From Pseudooceanicola sp. (GTDB lineage Bacteria; Pseudomonadota; Alphaproteobacteria; Rhodobacterales; Rhodobacteraceae), in the NCBI RefSeq assembly GCF_041987405.1, contig NZ_JBHIWR010000005.1, positions 150,258 through 214,257 of the forward strand: a stretch of 64,000 nucleotides of DNA, read 5' to 3'. The translations under genes and the position numbers were made by a program. The notes below the pieces were generated by a model that searched no databases, was not told the origin of the DNA, and saw nothing but the letters and a program-made list of their open reading frames with translations. Shown here one piece after another: positions 29,283-37,924 of the stretch. Each line of letters starts with the position of its first letter. Within the stretch, counting starts at the first letter, position 1.

Positions 29283-29978
29283 ATGACCCAATTCATTCTC
29301 GTTCACGGAGCCTGCCACGGGGCGTGGTGCTGGCGCGATGTGGTTCCCGCATTGGAAGCCTTGGGTCATCAGGCCAAGGCAATCGACCTGCCGGGGCGCG
29401 GCGGCGGCATCGCCGGGCTGAGCCTGGCCGATCAAGCAGAGGCGATCCTGTCGGCCTATGAGGGCGAGGCGGTGCTGGTCGGACATTCCGCCGGAGGGTT
29501 CGCCATCTCCGCCGCCGCCGAGGACGCGCCCGAGCGGGTTTCGCGGTTGATCTATGTCGCCGCGCTGGCGCCGCGGGATGGCGATGTGCTGGGCCGGGTC
29601 ATGCAGGGGCTGACCGGGCCGCGTGCCGATCTGCCGCTGGTGGTGGCCGAGGACCGGCTGTCCTATTGCTTCGATCTGGCGGGCGCGGGGCCGGTTCTGT
29701 ACAACGGGGCGTCGCAGGAAGTGATCGACTGGGCCTTGCCGCAGATCACCTTTGAGCCCTCCGCCCCGCATCGCGAGGCGATCCGCCTGGGTGCGGCGTT
29801 TGCCGGTGTGGCGAAATCCTATGTGGTTTGCACCGAGGACCGGATGATCCCCGAAGAGGATCAGCAGCGGATGGCGGCGGGAATGGCAGAAATCGCAGCC
29901 ATCGACACCGGCCATTCCCCCTTCCTGTCGGAACCGGACGCCCTGGCCCGAGATCTGGTGCATCTGGCCGTGACGTGA
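29283..29978 (+). CDS. Alpha/beta hydrolase, methylesterase (SABP2/MES-like)
   Basis: FILVHGACHGAWCW, GHSAGG, DRMIP, GHSPFLS catalytic triad pattern. Confidence 0.85.
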   Translation: MTQFILVHGACHGAWCWRDVVPALEALGHQAKAIDLPGRGGGIAGLSLADQAEAILSAYEGEAVLVGHSAGGFAISAAAEDAPERVSRLIYVAALAPRDGDVLGRVMQGLTGPRADLPLVVAEDRLSYCFDLAGAGPVLYNGASQEVIDWALPQITFEPSAPHREAIRLGAAFAGVAKSYVVCTEDRMIPEEDQQRMAAGMAEIAAIDTGHSPFLSEPDALARDLVHLAVT

Positions 29979-30150
29979 GAAAAATCATCTGCAGCCAATA
30001 CGTTACCGCTATCATTCGCTATTTATCAACCAATTTGCCGCGCCACTCCTCCTGACGTAACGGAAAATCATTCCGACATGTGGAATATCTTTCCGCGCTT
30101 GCCTATGGTGCGCGCAACGAGTCACGCTTCATTGGATACGGGAGGTCCAT

Positions 30151-31236
30151 ATGCAAACAATTCGCGCCGCGGTATGTCGGGAAAACAACGCACCGCTCAC
30201 CATCGAGGAGGTCCAGCTTCGCGCCCCGGAAACGGGTGAGGTCGAAGTGGAGATCGAGGCGGTCGCCATCTGTCATTCCGACATTTCCTTCTGGCAAGGC
30301 GGGTTCGGCGGGTCCCTTCCGGCGGTCTATGGACACGAAGCGGCCGGAACCGTGACCAAGGTGGGCGATGGCGTGGTGGGCATCAAGGAAGGCGACAGCG
30401 TCTGCGTCACCCTGATCCACGCCTGCGGCCATTGCACCACCTGCCAGTCCGGCAAGCCGACGATCTGCGAAACCCCGGTGGACAATGTCGCGACCTCTCC
30501 GATCTCGGACGCCGAGGGCGCGCCGGTTTACAAGGCCATGGCCACCGGTGCCTTTGCCGAAAAGGTCGTCGTGGACCAGTCGCAGCTTTGCGTGATCCCG
30601 GCGGACATGGCCAAGGACGTGGCTTCGCTGATCTCTTGCGGGGTGATCACGGGTGTGGGCGCGGCGGTCTTTGCCGCGGATATCGAGGTTGGCCAGGACG
30701 TCGTCGTGATCGGCGCGGGGGGCGTTGGCCTGAACGCCATACAGGGGGCCAAGATCGCCGGTGCACGGCGGGTCGTGGCCGTCGACATGCTGCCCGAGAA
30801 ACTGGAAGTGGCCAAGGAATTCGGCGCAACCGACGTGGTGCTGGCCGAGGGCAAGCCCTGGGCTGAGGTCAAGAAGATCCTCGGTGGCGGGGCCGATGCG
30901 GTGCTGGTCACCGTCGGCGTCGCGCAGGTCTATGACCAGGCGCCGCGCTACCTGGGCTGGGGCGGCAAGGTCGTGATGGTCGGGATGCCCCATGGCGACA
31001 AGACCTCCTCCTACTCGCCGCTGATCATGGCCAACCAGGGTCAGGGCATCGTCGGGTCCAAGATGGGCGACATGGTGATCAAGCGGGACATCCCCTGGAT
31101 CATCGACATGTACCAGCAGGGGCGACTGAAGCTGGATGAGCTGATCTCGGGCCGCTGGACGCTGGATCAGATCAACGAAGCAATGGAAGACACGAAGTCG
31201 GGCGCGGCCCGGCGCAATGTCATCATGATGAAGTAG
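30151..31236 (+). CDS. Zinc-binding alcohol dehydrogenase (class III-like MDR)
   Basis: AICHSD, GHE, CGHCTTC..C structural Zn site, SCGVITG, GAGGVG. Confidence 0.92.
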   Translation: MQTIRAAVCRENNAPLTIEEVQLRAPETGEVEVEIEAVAICHSDISFWQGGFGGSLPAVYGHEAAGTVTKVGDGVVGIKEGDSVCVTLIHACGHCTTCQSGKPTICETPVDNVATSPISDAEGAPVYKAMATGAFAEKVVVDQSQLCVIPADMAKDVASLISCGVITGVGAAVFAADIEVGQDVVVIGAGGVGLNAIQGAKIAGARRVVAVDMLPEKLEVAKEFGATDVVLAEGKPWAEVKKILGGGADAVLVTVGVAQVYDQAPRYLGWGGKVVMVGMPHGDKTSSYSPLIMANQGQGIVGSKMGDMVIKRDIPWIIDMYQQGRLKLDELISGRWTLDQINEAMEDTKSGAARRNVIMMK

Positions 31237-32460
31237 GTGCGGCTCGAGAGCTGCGATATCATCGTGACCGCCCCGCCCGCTCCGGGCTGGGGCGGTCGCT
31301 ACTGGATCCTGGTCAAGCTGACGACCGACACCGGGATCACGGGCTGGGGCGAATGCTATGCCGCCTCCGTCGGGCCCGAGGCGATGCGGGCGGTGATCGC
31401 CGATCTCTTCGACCGGCATATGGCCGGCGAAAACCCTGAAAATATCGAGCTGATGTTCCGCCGCGCCTATTCAGCGGGGTTCACGCAGCGGCCCGACCTG
31501 ACGGTGATGGGCGCGTTCTCGGGGCTGGAGATCGCCTGTTGGGACATCCTGGGCAAGCACCGTGACCGGCCTGTCTGGGCGCTTCTGGGCGGGAAGATGA
31601 ACGAGAGGCTGCGCGCCTATTCCTACCTCTATCCCCTGCCCTCCCATGACATTTCCGCATTCTGGACCGCGCCGGAGATGGCCGCCGAAAGCGCCGCCGA
31701 TCTGGTGGCGCGCGGCTATACGGCGGTCAAGTTCGACCCGGCGGGGCCTTACACGATCCGCGGCGGACATATGCCCGCGCTGAGCGACATCGACCTCTCG
31801 GCGCGGGTCTGCGCGGCGGTGCGCGGGGCGGTCGGGACAAAGGCCGATCTGCTCTTCGGGACGCATGGGCAGTTTACGCCCGACGGGGCGATCCGGCTGG
31901 CGCAGGCGATTGCCCCGCATGATCCGCTGTGGTTCGAGGAACCGGTGCCACCGGACGATATGGCGGCCATGGCGGCGGTCGCACGTGCCACCACGATCCC
32001 AGTGGCGGCGGGCGAGCGGCTGACCACAAAGGCGGAGTTTGCGGCGCTGCTGCGCGCCGGGGTGCGCATCCTGCAACCGGCGCTCGGTCGCGCCGGCGGC
32101 ATCTGGGAGGGCAAGAAGATCGCCACCCTGGCGGAGGCGTCTAGCGCGCAGATCGCCCCGCATCTCTACGCCGGGCCGGTGGAATGGGCGGCCAATATAC
32201 AGCTCGCAGCGACCTGCCCGAACCTGCTGATGATCGAAACCATCGAAACGCCCTTCCACAGCGATCTGATCCGCGGCGCAATCACGGTGGAGGATGGCCA
32301 TGTCCGCCCCTCCGACCGCCCCGGCCTGGGTATCGAGGTGGACGAAGACCTGGCCCGCGCCCATCCCTACACCGGGACCGCCCTGCATCTGGAGATGCAG
32401 GAGGCACCCTGCGACTACGCATCGGGCAATGCCTTTCAGGGCGGGGCCCCGCGCGACTGA
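31237..32460 (+). CDS. Mandelate racemase/muconate lactonizing enzyme family protein
   Basis: TGWGE, LEIACWDILGK..PVWALLGG, AVKFDP, WFEEP, AAGE, APH, PGLGIEVD. Confidence 0.9.
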   Translation: MRLESCDIIVTAPPAPGWGGRYWILVKLTTDTGITGWGECYAASVGPEAMRAVIADLFDRHMAGENPENIELMFRRAYSAGFTQRPDLTVMGAFSGLEIACWDILGKHRDRPVWALLGGKMNERLRAYSYLYPLPSHDISAFWTAPEMAAESAADLVARGYTAVKFDPAGPYTIRGGHMPALSDIDLSARVCAAVRGAVGTKADLLFGTHGQFTPDGAIRLAQAIAPHDPLWFEEPVPPDDMAAMAAVARATTIPVAAGERLTTKAEFAALLRAGVRILQPALGRAGGIWEGKKIATLAEASSAQIAPHLYAGPVEWAANIQLAATCPNLLMIETIETPFHSDLIRGAITVEDGHVRPSDRPGLGIEVDEDLARAHPYTGTALHLEMQEAPCDYASGNAFQGGAPRD

Positions 32461-32524
32461 GCGAGTTCTCGCCAAGGGCGCGGCGACATGATAAACCCGC
32501 CAAAACGGATCAAGGACCCGACGT

Positions 32525-32848
32525 TTGGCCGAGTTGCAGACCCCCGTTCCGCCGCAGGAAATGGCGGAAAACGCCCAAGGCGCCGCCGCCTTTCTCAAGA
32601 CCCTCGCGCATGAAGGTCGCCTGATGATCCTGTGTCACCTGGGCAGCGGCGAAAAGTCGGTCGGCGAGCTGGAGGAGCTGCTGGACATGCGTCAGGCGGC
32701 GGTCAGCCAAATGCTGGCGCGGCTGCGGGAAGAGGGGTTCGTCTCCACCCGGCGGGAGGGCAAGACGGTCTACTATCGCCTCGCCAATGAGAATACGCAG
32801 GAGGTCATCGGCCTGCTGCACCGCCTGTTCTGCAAGGTGCCGGAATGA
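32525..32848 (+). CDS. ArsR family regulator, SqrR/BigR-like (two-Cys persulfide-sensor pattern); start may be 32561
   Basis: LKTLAHEGRLMILCHL...SQMLARLR...RREGKTVYY...LFC. Confidence 0.82.
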   Translation: MAELQTPVPPQEMAENAQGAAAFLKTLAHEGRLMILCHLGSGEKSVGELEELLDMRQAAVSQMLARLREEGFVSTRREGKTVYYRLANENTQEVIGLLHRLFCKVPE

Positions 32849-33315
32849 GCGCCGCCCTGCCCGCCCCGGGCCTGTCTCATGTCTGCGACCTGCATGTCGA
32901 ACTGGACCCGATCCGCGAAATGGGCCAGGGCCGCGCCGGTCATCGCCGGATCATCCCGATCATCGGCGGCACGGTGACGGGGCCGCGGCTCAACGGGCGG
33001 CTGCTGAACCTGGGCGCGGACTGGCAGACGATCTGGCCGAATGACGTGGCAGAACTGGATACGCGCTATGCGATGGAGACCGAGGATGGCGCGGTAATCG
33101 AGATCATCAATTACGGTTACCGCCACGGCCCGCCAGAGGTGCTGGCCAAGCTCATGGCCGGAGAGATCGTGCCCGCCGATCAGTATTACATGCGGACGCA
33201 GGCAAGGCTGGAAACCGGCGATCCGCGCTATGACTGGGTGAACCGGACGTTGTTCCTCGGCACCGGGACCCGCCAGAAGCTGGGTGTGACGGTCTCTCTC
33301 TACGCGGTGGAGTAA
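32845..33315 (+). CDS. DUF3237 domain protein
   Basis: RRIIPIIGGTVTGPRLNG, GADWQ, LDTRY...TEDGAVI, YYMRT..RLETG..RYDWVN. Confidence 0.85.
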   Translation: MSAALPAPGLSHVCDLHVELDPIREMGQGRAGHRRIIPIIGGTVTGPRLNGRLLNLGADWQTIWPNDVAELDTRYAMETEDGAVIEIINYGYRHGPPEVLAKLMAGEIVPADQYYMRTQARLETGDPRYDWVNRTLFLGTGTRQKLGVTVSLYAVE

Positions 33316-33331
33316 GAGGGAGCGCTATCGC

Positions 33332-33385
33332 GGGATATTTTCAGCAAAAAGAAGGGCCTTGCTTTCTTTTTGCCTCAAATATCTC
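33332..33385. repeat. Inverted pair of the GRGATATTT-NN-RGCAAAAAGAA repeat
   Basis: GGGATATTTTCAGCAAAAAGAAG (33332-33354) and the reverse complement of 33362-33385; third copy at 42697-42720. Confidence 0.7.
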
Positions 33386-33412
33386 CGCCGGAGGCCACGC
33401 GGCGGAGCCGCG

Positions 33413-34177
33413 TCAGTCGAAGCGCGCCTTCAGGGCCGAAACCTCGCGCATCAGCGACGAGATATCGGTGCCGATGGCCGTGAAACCTGCGCCGAGGGTG
33501 CCGAGGTGTTTCGCGAAGTCCTCGTTCAGCGTCAGGATGCCGGAGGGCACGCCGATCTTGTCGAGGCGGCGAAACGCGTCCTCGATCGCGGCGACCACAT
33601 CGGGATGGGCCTGATTGCCCGGGTGACCCATGGAGCCTGACAGATCCGCCGGGCCGATGAAGACGGCATCCACACCATCCACCGTCGCGATCTCTTCCAA
33701 CCGGCCCAGGGCGTCGATGGTTTCGACCTGCACGATCAGGCAGAGCTCTTCCTCCGCCCGTTTCAGGTAGTCCTTGACGAGGCCGAAGCGCGAGGCGCGG
33801 GAGCCGCCTGCCATGCCGCGGATGCCGTGCGGCGGGTAGCGCATCGCGGTGACGGCGGCGCGGGCTTCCTCCGCGGTCTGGACATAGGGGATCATCAGGG
33901 TCTGTGCGCCCATGTCGAGGTAGCGCTTGATATAGGCCGCGTCGTTGGAGACAGGGCGCACCACGGCGGAGGTTTCGGGATAGGCGGCGATGGCCTGTAG
34001 CGAGGCATGGACCTGGAAGGCTTCGGTCGTGGTGTGTTCGGTGTCGACCACGATCCAGTCGAAACCCAGGGTGGCCAGGGCCTCTGGCACGATCGGGCCC
34101 GCGATGGTGTTCCAGAAGCCAAGCTGGTGACGGCCTTCCTTCAGCGCGGCCTTGAAGCGGTTCTTGGGCAGGTCCAT
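33413..34177 (-). CDS. HpcH/HpaI aldolase family protein
   Basis: FDWIVVDTEH, KRYLDMGAQTLMIP, VQVET, VFIGPADLS. Confidence 0.9.
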   Translation of the reverse strand: MDLPKNRFKAALKEGRHQLGFWNTIAGPIVPEALATLGFDWIVVDTEHTTTEAFQVHASLQAIAAYPETSAVVRPVSNDAAYIKRYLDMGAQTLMIPYVQTAEEARAAVTAMRYPPHGIRGMAGGSRASRFGLVKDYLKRAEEELCLIVQVETIDALGRLEEIATVDGVDAVFIGPADLSGSMGHPGNQAHPDVVAAIEDAFRRLDKIGVPSGILTLNEDFAKHLGTLGAGFTAIGTDISSLMREVSALKARFD

Positions 34178-34180
34178 GGG

Positions 34181-34621
34181 TCAGTCCTTCAGCAGGGTGG
34201 CGATACGGTGCAGGGCCAGCGCGTAGCCCTGGGTGCCACAGCCCGCGATGACCGCGTCGGCGCGGGTGGAAACGTAGGAGTGGTGGCGGAAGGCTTCGCG
34301 CTTGTGGACGTTGGAGAAATGCACCTCGATCACCGGGCCGTCGAAGGCATTAAGCGCGTCGAGGATGGCAACGGAGGTGTGGGTATAGGCGGCGGGGTTG
34401 ATGACGATGGCGGCGGCCTCGTCCCGGGCGCGGTGGATCTGATCGACGATCTCGCCCTCGTGGTTGGACTGGTGGAAGGTCGTCTGCAGGCCGAGCGCGG
34501 CTGCGGCATCGGCGCAGAGGGTTTCGACATCGGCGAGCGTTTCGCGGCCGTAGATCTCCGGCTGGCGCTTGCCGAGGAGGTTGAGGTTCGGGCCGTTCAG
34601 GATGGTGACGGTCTTGGTCAT
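34181..34621 (-). CDS. aroQ: Type II 3-dehydroquinate dehydratase
   Basis: [51 protein letters not shown]. Confidence 0.95.
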   Translation of the reverse strand: MTKTVTILNGPNLNLLGKRQPEIYGRETLADVETLCADAAAALGLQTTFHQSNHEGEIVDQIHRARDEAAAIVINPAAYTHTSVAILDALNAFDGPVIEVHFSNVHKREAFRHHSYVSTRADAVIAGCGTQGYALALHRIATLLKD

Positions 34622-34700
34622 TCGGGGTCTCCGCTGCCGCGTGGTGATGCGGTGATAGCATAGAAATTGCGGTCTGCCATGGGGTTGGGTGTTATGGATG

Positions 34701-34791
34701 GGGGCGCCGTCCCCCCTCACCCTAGCCCTCTCCCCCGGGGGGAGAGGGGATCCGTCGAGTGGGTGGCGGGCGTCATCCTCGGACTCGATCC
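34701..34791. repeat. Composite of two palindromic repeat types
   Basis: CCCCCTCACCCTAGCCCTCTCCCCCGGGGGGAGAGGGG (~34711-34749) plus GTCATCCTCGGACTCGATCC (34772-34791), which contains the dipeptidase stop codon. Confidence 0.6.
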
Positions 34792-35849
34792 ATACGGCGG
34801 CCTGCTACTCCCCCCAAGGTCTCTCTCAACACCCGCATCCAGTTGCGCCAGAGCAGCTTCTCCATCAGCGCCTCGCCGATACCATGAGCTACCAGCGCGT
34901 CGCGCAGCGGGGCGAGACCGGAGACGTCCTTCATCCAGTTCGGCAGGATCGCGCCGTCGAAGTCCGAGCCGAAGGCCACGCCATCTTCGCCCATGATCGA
35001 CAGCAGGTGGTCGAGGTGGCGCAACAGATAGTCGACCGGGCAGTCGGAGATGAACCGGCCGTCGGGCCTCAGGAAGCAGGTGCCATAGTTGATGCCGACC
35101 ACGCCGCCCGTCGCCGCGATGATGCGCAATTCGTCATCGGTCAGGCAGCGGGCGGAGGGGGTGACAACCCAGGCGTTGGAATGCGTGGCCACCAGCGGCG
35201 CGTCGGAGATCGCGGCGACATCCTCCAGCCCCTTCATGTTGAGGTGGCTGAGGTCGATCATGATCCGGCGGCGGTTGCAGTCGCGCACCAGCGCCTTGCC
35301 CGCCTCGGTCAGGCCCGGGCCGATGTCGGAGGTGGAGGGGAAGCGGAAGGGGACGCCGTGGCCAAAGATGGTCGAACGGCTCCAGACCGGGCCGATGGAG
35401 CGCAGACCGGCGGCGTAAAGTTCGTCCAGTTCGGCAAGGTCCGGCCCGATGGCCTCCGCCCCCTCCATATGCAGGACGGCGGCAAGGGTGGGGCCGTGCA
35501 GCGCCTCTTCGACCTGGGCGGCGGTGGTGCAGGGGGTGATCACGCCAAGCTCCGCCAGGCGGTTGAAATGGGTGATCCCCTCGCGGACACCCGCCATCGC
35601 CGTTGGCTGATCCACTTCCGGCGGCAGGGGCAGGTCGTAGCTCTCCTGACGCATGGCGGCCATGTTCAGGCCCGGCGCGCCGGGGGTGGGCACGAAGAGG
35701 GCGAAGAAGCCGCCGCCAAGCCCCCCTGCCCTTGCGCGCGGCAGGTCGATCTGGCCCTTGCCGTGACCGTCGCGGACGTCCTCCGCCGTCACGCCACGCA
35801 GGGTCATCTTCAACAGGAGGTCGTTATGGCCGTCGAAGAAGGGTGTCAT
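34773..35849 (-). CDS. Membrane/renal dipeptidase family (M19); C-terminus probably extended by a +1 frameshift
   Basis: [33 protein letters not shown]. Confidence 0.88.
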   Translation of the reverse strand: MTPFFDGHNDLLLKMTLRGVTAEDVRDGHGKGQIDLPRARAGGLGGGFFALFVPTPGAPGLNMAAMRQESYDLPLPPEVDQPTAMAGVREGITHFNRLAELGVITPCTTAAQVEEALHGPTLAAVLHMEGAEAIGPDLAELDELYAAGLRSIGPVWSRSTIFGHGVPFRFPSTSDIGPGLTEAGKALVRDCNRRRIMIDLSHLNMKGLEDVAAISDAPLVATHSNAWVVTPSARCLTDDELRIIAATGGVVGINYGTCFLRPDGRFISDCPVDYLLRHLDHLLSIMGEDGVAFGSDFDGAILPNWMKDVSGLAPLRDALVAHGIGEALMEKLLWRNWMRVLRETLGGVAGRRMDRVRG

Positions 35850-37492
35850 TTTCCATCCCGGATTTCGGACAGTGTCTTGCCGATGGTCAGCGCCTCGGGA
35901 TCGAGGAAGCAGTGCAGCAGGGCGGGCTTGCCGCTGGCCCGGGCGCGGTCGAAGGCGGCGGGGAAGTCATTGCTGTCGCGCAGGGTTTCCGCGTGGCAGC
36001 CCATGGCAGCCGCCATGGCGGCGAAGTCGGGGTTCCTGAGGTCCGTGGCGGAAAGGCGGCCGGGATATTCCCTCTCCTGATGCATGCGGATGGTGCCGAA
36101 CATCCCGTTGTCGATCACCAGGACGATCAGGGGGATGTCGAATTGCACCGCCGTGGCCAGTTCCTGCACCGTCATCATGATATCGCCGTCGCCCGCCACG
36201 CAGATCACGTCGCGCTCCGGCCGGTGGCGTTTCGCCATCACGGCGGCGGGCAGGCCGTAGCCCATGGAGCCGGAGGTCGGCGCCAGTTGCGAGGCGTGGT
36301 CGCGGAAGTGGTAGTGGCGGTTGATCCAGGTGGCGAAGTTGCCCGCGCCGTTGGTGATTGCCGCATCCGGGCCCAGGGTGTCGCGCAGCCAGCTGATCAC
36401 CTCTCCCATCTGGAAGCCGCCGGGCAGCGGCAGGGGATCGGTGGACCAGTCGAGATAGGCCTGGCGCAGGGTGTCGACCCATTCACTTTGCCGGTTCGGG
36501 CCGGGCAGATCCGCCACGGCCTCGGCAAAGCCGCCTGCCGTGCCGATCAGGCCCAAGCCAGGCTGATAGACGCGGCCGATCTCCTCCGGATCGGGGTAAA
36601 GGTGAACAAGCCGGTCGTCGCCCGGGCCGATGTCGAGCAGGGTGTAGTTCTGCGACGGCATCTCCGACATGCGGCCACCGAGCATGAGGACCAGGTCCGC
36701 ATCCTTGATCGCCGTCACGAGCTTCGGGTTCGCGCCGATGGACAGATCGCCGACATAGTTCGGATGATCCGCTGGAAAGCTGCCGCCGCGGCGGAACTCG
36801 ACGCAGACCGGCAGGGCATGACGTTCGGCGAAGGCGATCATGCGCTCGCGGGTCTCCCCGCGCCACCCGCCGCCGCCGAGGATGGCGAGGGGGCGCTCTG
36901 CGCGGTCGAGGCGGTCCGCTAGGGCGGCGATGCCGCTGGCCGAAGGGGCCATCTCGATCGGCTCGGCCTTCGGGGCATCGGGCACATCGGCGGTGTCGAC
37001 CAGCATGTCTTCGGGCAGGGCAATGACGACGGGGCCGGGGCGGCCCTGGGTCGCCACGCGGAAGGCGCGGGCGATCAGTTCGGGGATCCGGGCGGCATCG
37101 TCGATCTCCACCGCCCATTTGGCGATGGTCCCGAAGACGGCAGAATAATCGAGCTCCTGAAAGGCCTCGCGATGTTTCATGCTGCGCGCGACCTGGCCGA
37201 CGAAGAGGATCATCGGCGTGCTGTCCTGCGCCGCGACATGAACGCCCGCCGCGGCATTGGTCGCGCCGGGGCCGCGCGTGACGAAGCAGATGCCGGGCCT
37301 GCCGCTCATCTTGCCATAGGCCTCCGCCATCATGGCCGCCCCGCCCTCCTGACGGCAGGTGAGCAGATCGACGCCGGAGCCGATCAGCGCATCGAGCACG
37401 GCGAGATAGCTTTCGCCAGGCACGCAGGTGGCGCGCTCGACCCCCTGAATAACCAGTTGATCCACAAGAATACGTGCGCCCGTTCGGTCCAT
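35846..37492 (-). CDS. Thiamine pyrophosphate-binding enzyme (acetolactate synthase-like)
   Basis: CVPGESYL, RQEGGAAMMAEA, TRGPGATN, SGSMGYGLP, GDGD...NGMFG. Confidence 0.9.
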   Translation of the reverse strand: MDRTGARILVDQLVIQGVERATCVPGESYLAVLDALIGSGVDLLTCRQEGGAAMMAEAYGKMSGRPGICFVTRGPGATNAAAGVHVAAQDSTPMILFVGQVARSMKHREAFQELDYSAVFGTIAKWAVEIDDAARIPELIARAFRVATQGRPGPVVIALPEDMLVDTADVPDAPKAEPIEMAPSASGIAALADRLDRAERPLAILGGGGWRGETRERMIAFAERHALPVCVEFRRGGSFPADHPNYVGDLSIGANPKLVTAIKDADLVLMLGGRMSEMPSQNYTLLDIGPGDDRLVHLYPDPEEIGRVYQPGLGLIGTAGGFAEAVADLPGPNRQSEWVDTLRQAYLDWSTDPLPLPGGFQMGEVISWLRDTLGPDAAITNGAGNFATWINRHYHFRDHASQLAPTSGSMGYGLPAAVMAKRHRPERDVICVAGDGDIMMTVQELATAVQFDIPLIVLVIDNGMFGTIRMHQEREYPGRLSATDLRNPDFAAMAAAMGCHAETLRDSNDFPAAFDRARASGKPALLHCFLDPEALTIGKTLSEIRDGK

Positions 37493-37624
37493 GGTCCCCT
37501 CCGTCTTTGGCGCACATTGACGGCTTTGACGCGGATTGGCCAGAGAGGTCGATCGCGATGGCCGGGCGGTACGGAGGCGGCGGGGGTTCAGCGCAACCGA
37601 ACTGCCGTTCCTCTGCGGATCGCG

Positions 37625-37701
37625 TGGTGACCCCGACAGGATTCGAACCTGTAACCTGCCCCTTAGGAGGGGGCTGCTCTATCCAGTTGAGCCACGGGGC
37701 C
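37625..37701 (-). tRNA. tRNA-Arg (anticodon CCT), CCA encoded
   Basis: Minus strand GGCCCCGTGGCTCAACTGGATAGAGCAGCCCCCTCCTAAGGGGCAGGTTACAGGTTCGAATCCTGTCGGGGTCACCA folds as a 77-nt cloverleaf. Confidence 0.97.
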
Positions 37702-37924
37702 ACGCGCGGCGTGTTTAGCTGAGCAGGTCGGGCTTGTCATGCCCGTCCGGGGCGGTCCGGACCGGAAAGTCGCGGGTTTGTGGCAAATCCTCGGGAAAAT
37801 CTGCGGTGGTGAAGGCTGTTATTAAGAAGTTTGCGGTCAAAGTCGCGACGAGCCGTGCGGAATCGATGCGGCACTCCTGTCATGTGGGGCTGCGCCTCAT
37901 GCCAAACGGATAAAGGTGAACTTC

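Noticed and set aside
29996-30015. ACGTTACCGCTATCAT resembling a GntR-type LacI operator upstream of the Zn-ADH gene
   Set aside because: Imperfect palindrome, single copy, and the link to the LacI gene at 40426 is unsupported
37625-37701. tRNA-anchored genomic island
   Set aside because: No integrase or duplicated tRNA 3' end seen, and a metabolic gene follows directly
37815-37835. CtrA site upstream of the MCP gene
   Set aside because: Only a TTAA half-site, with no TTAA-N7-TTAA
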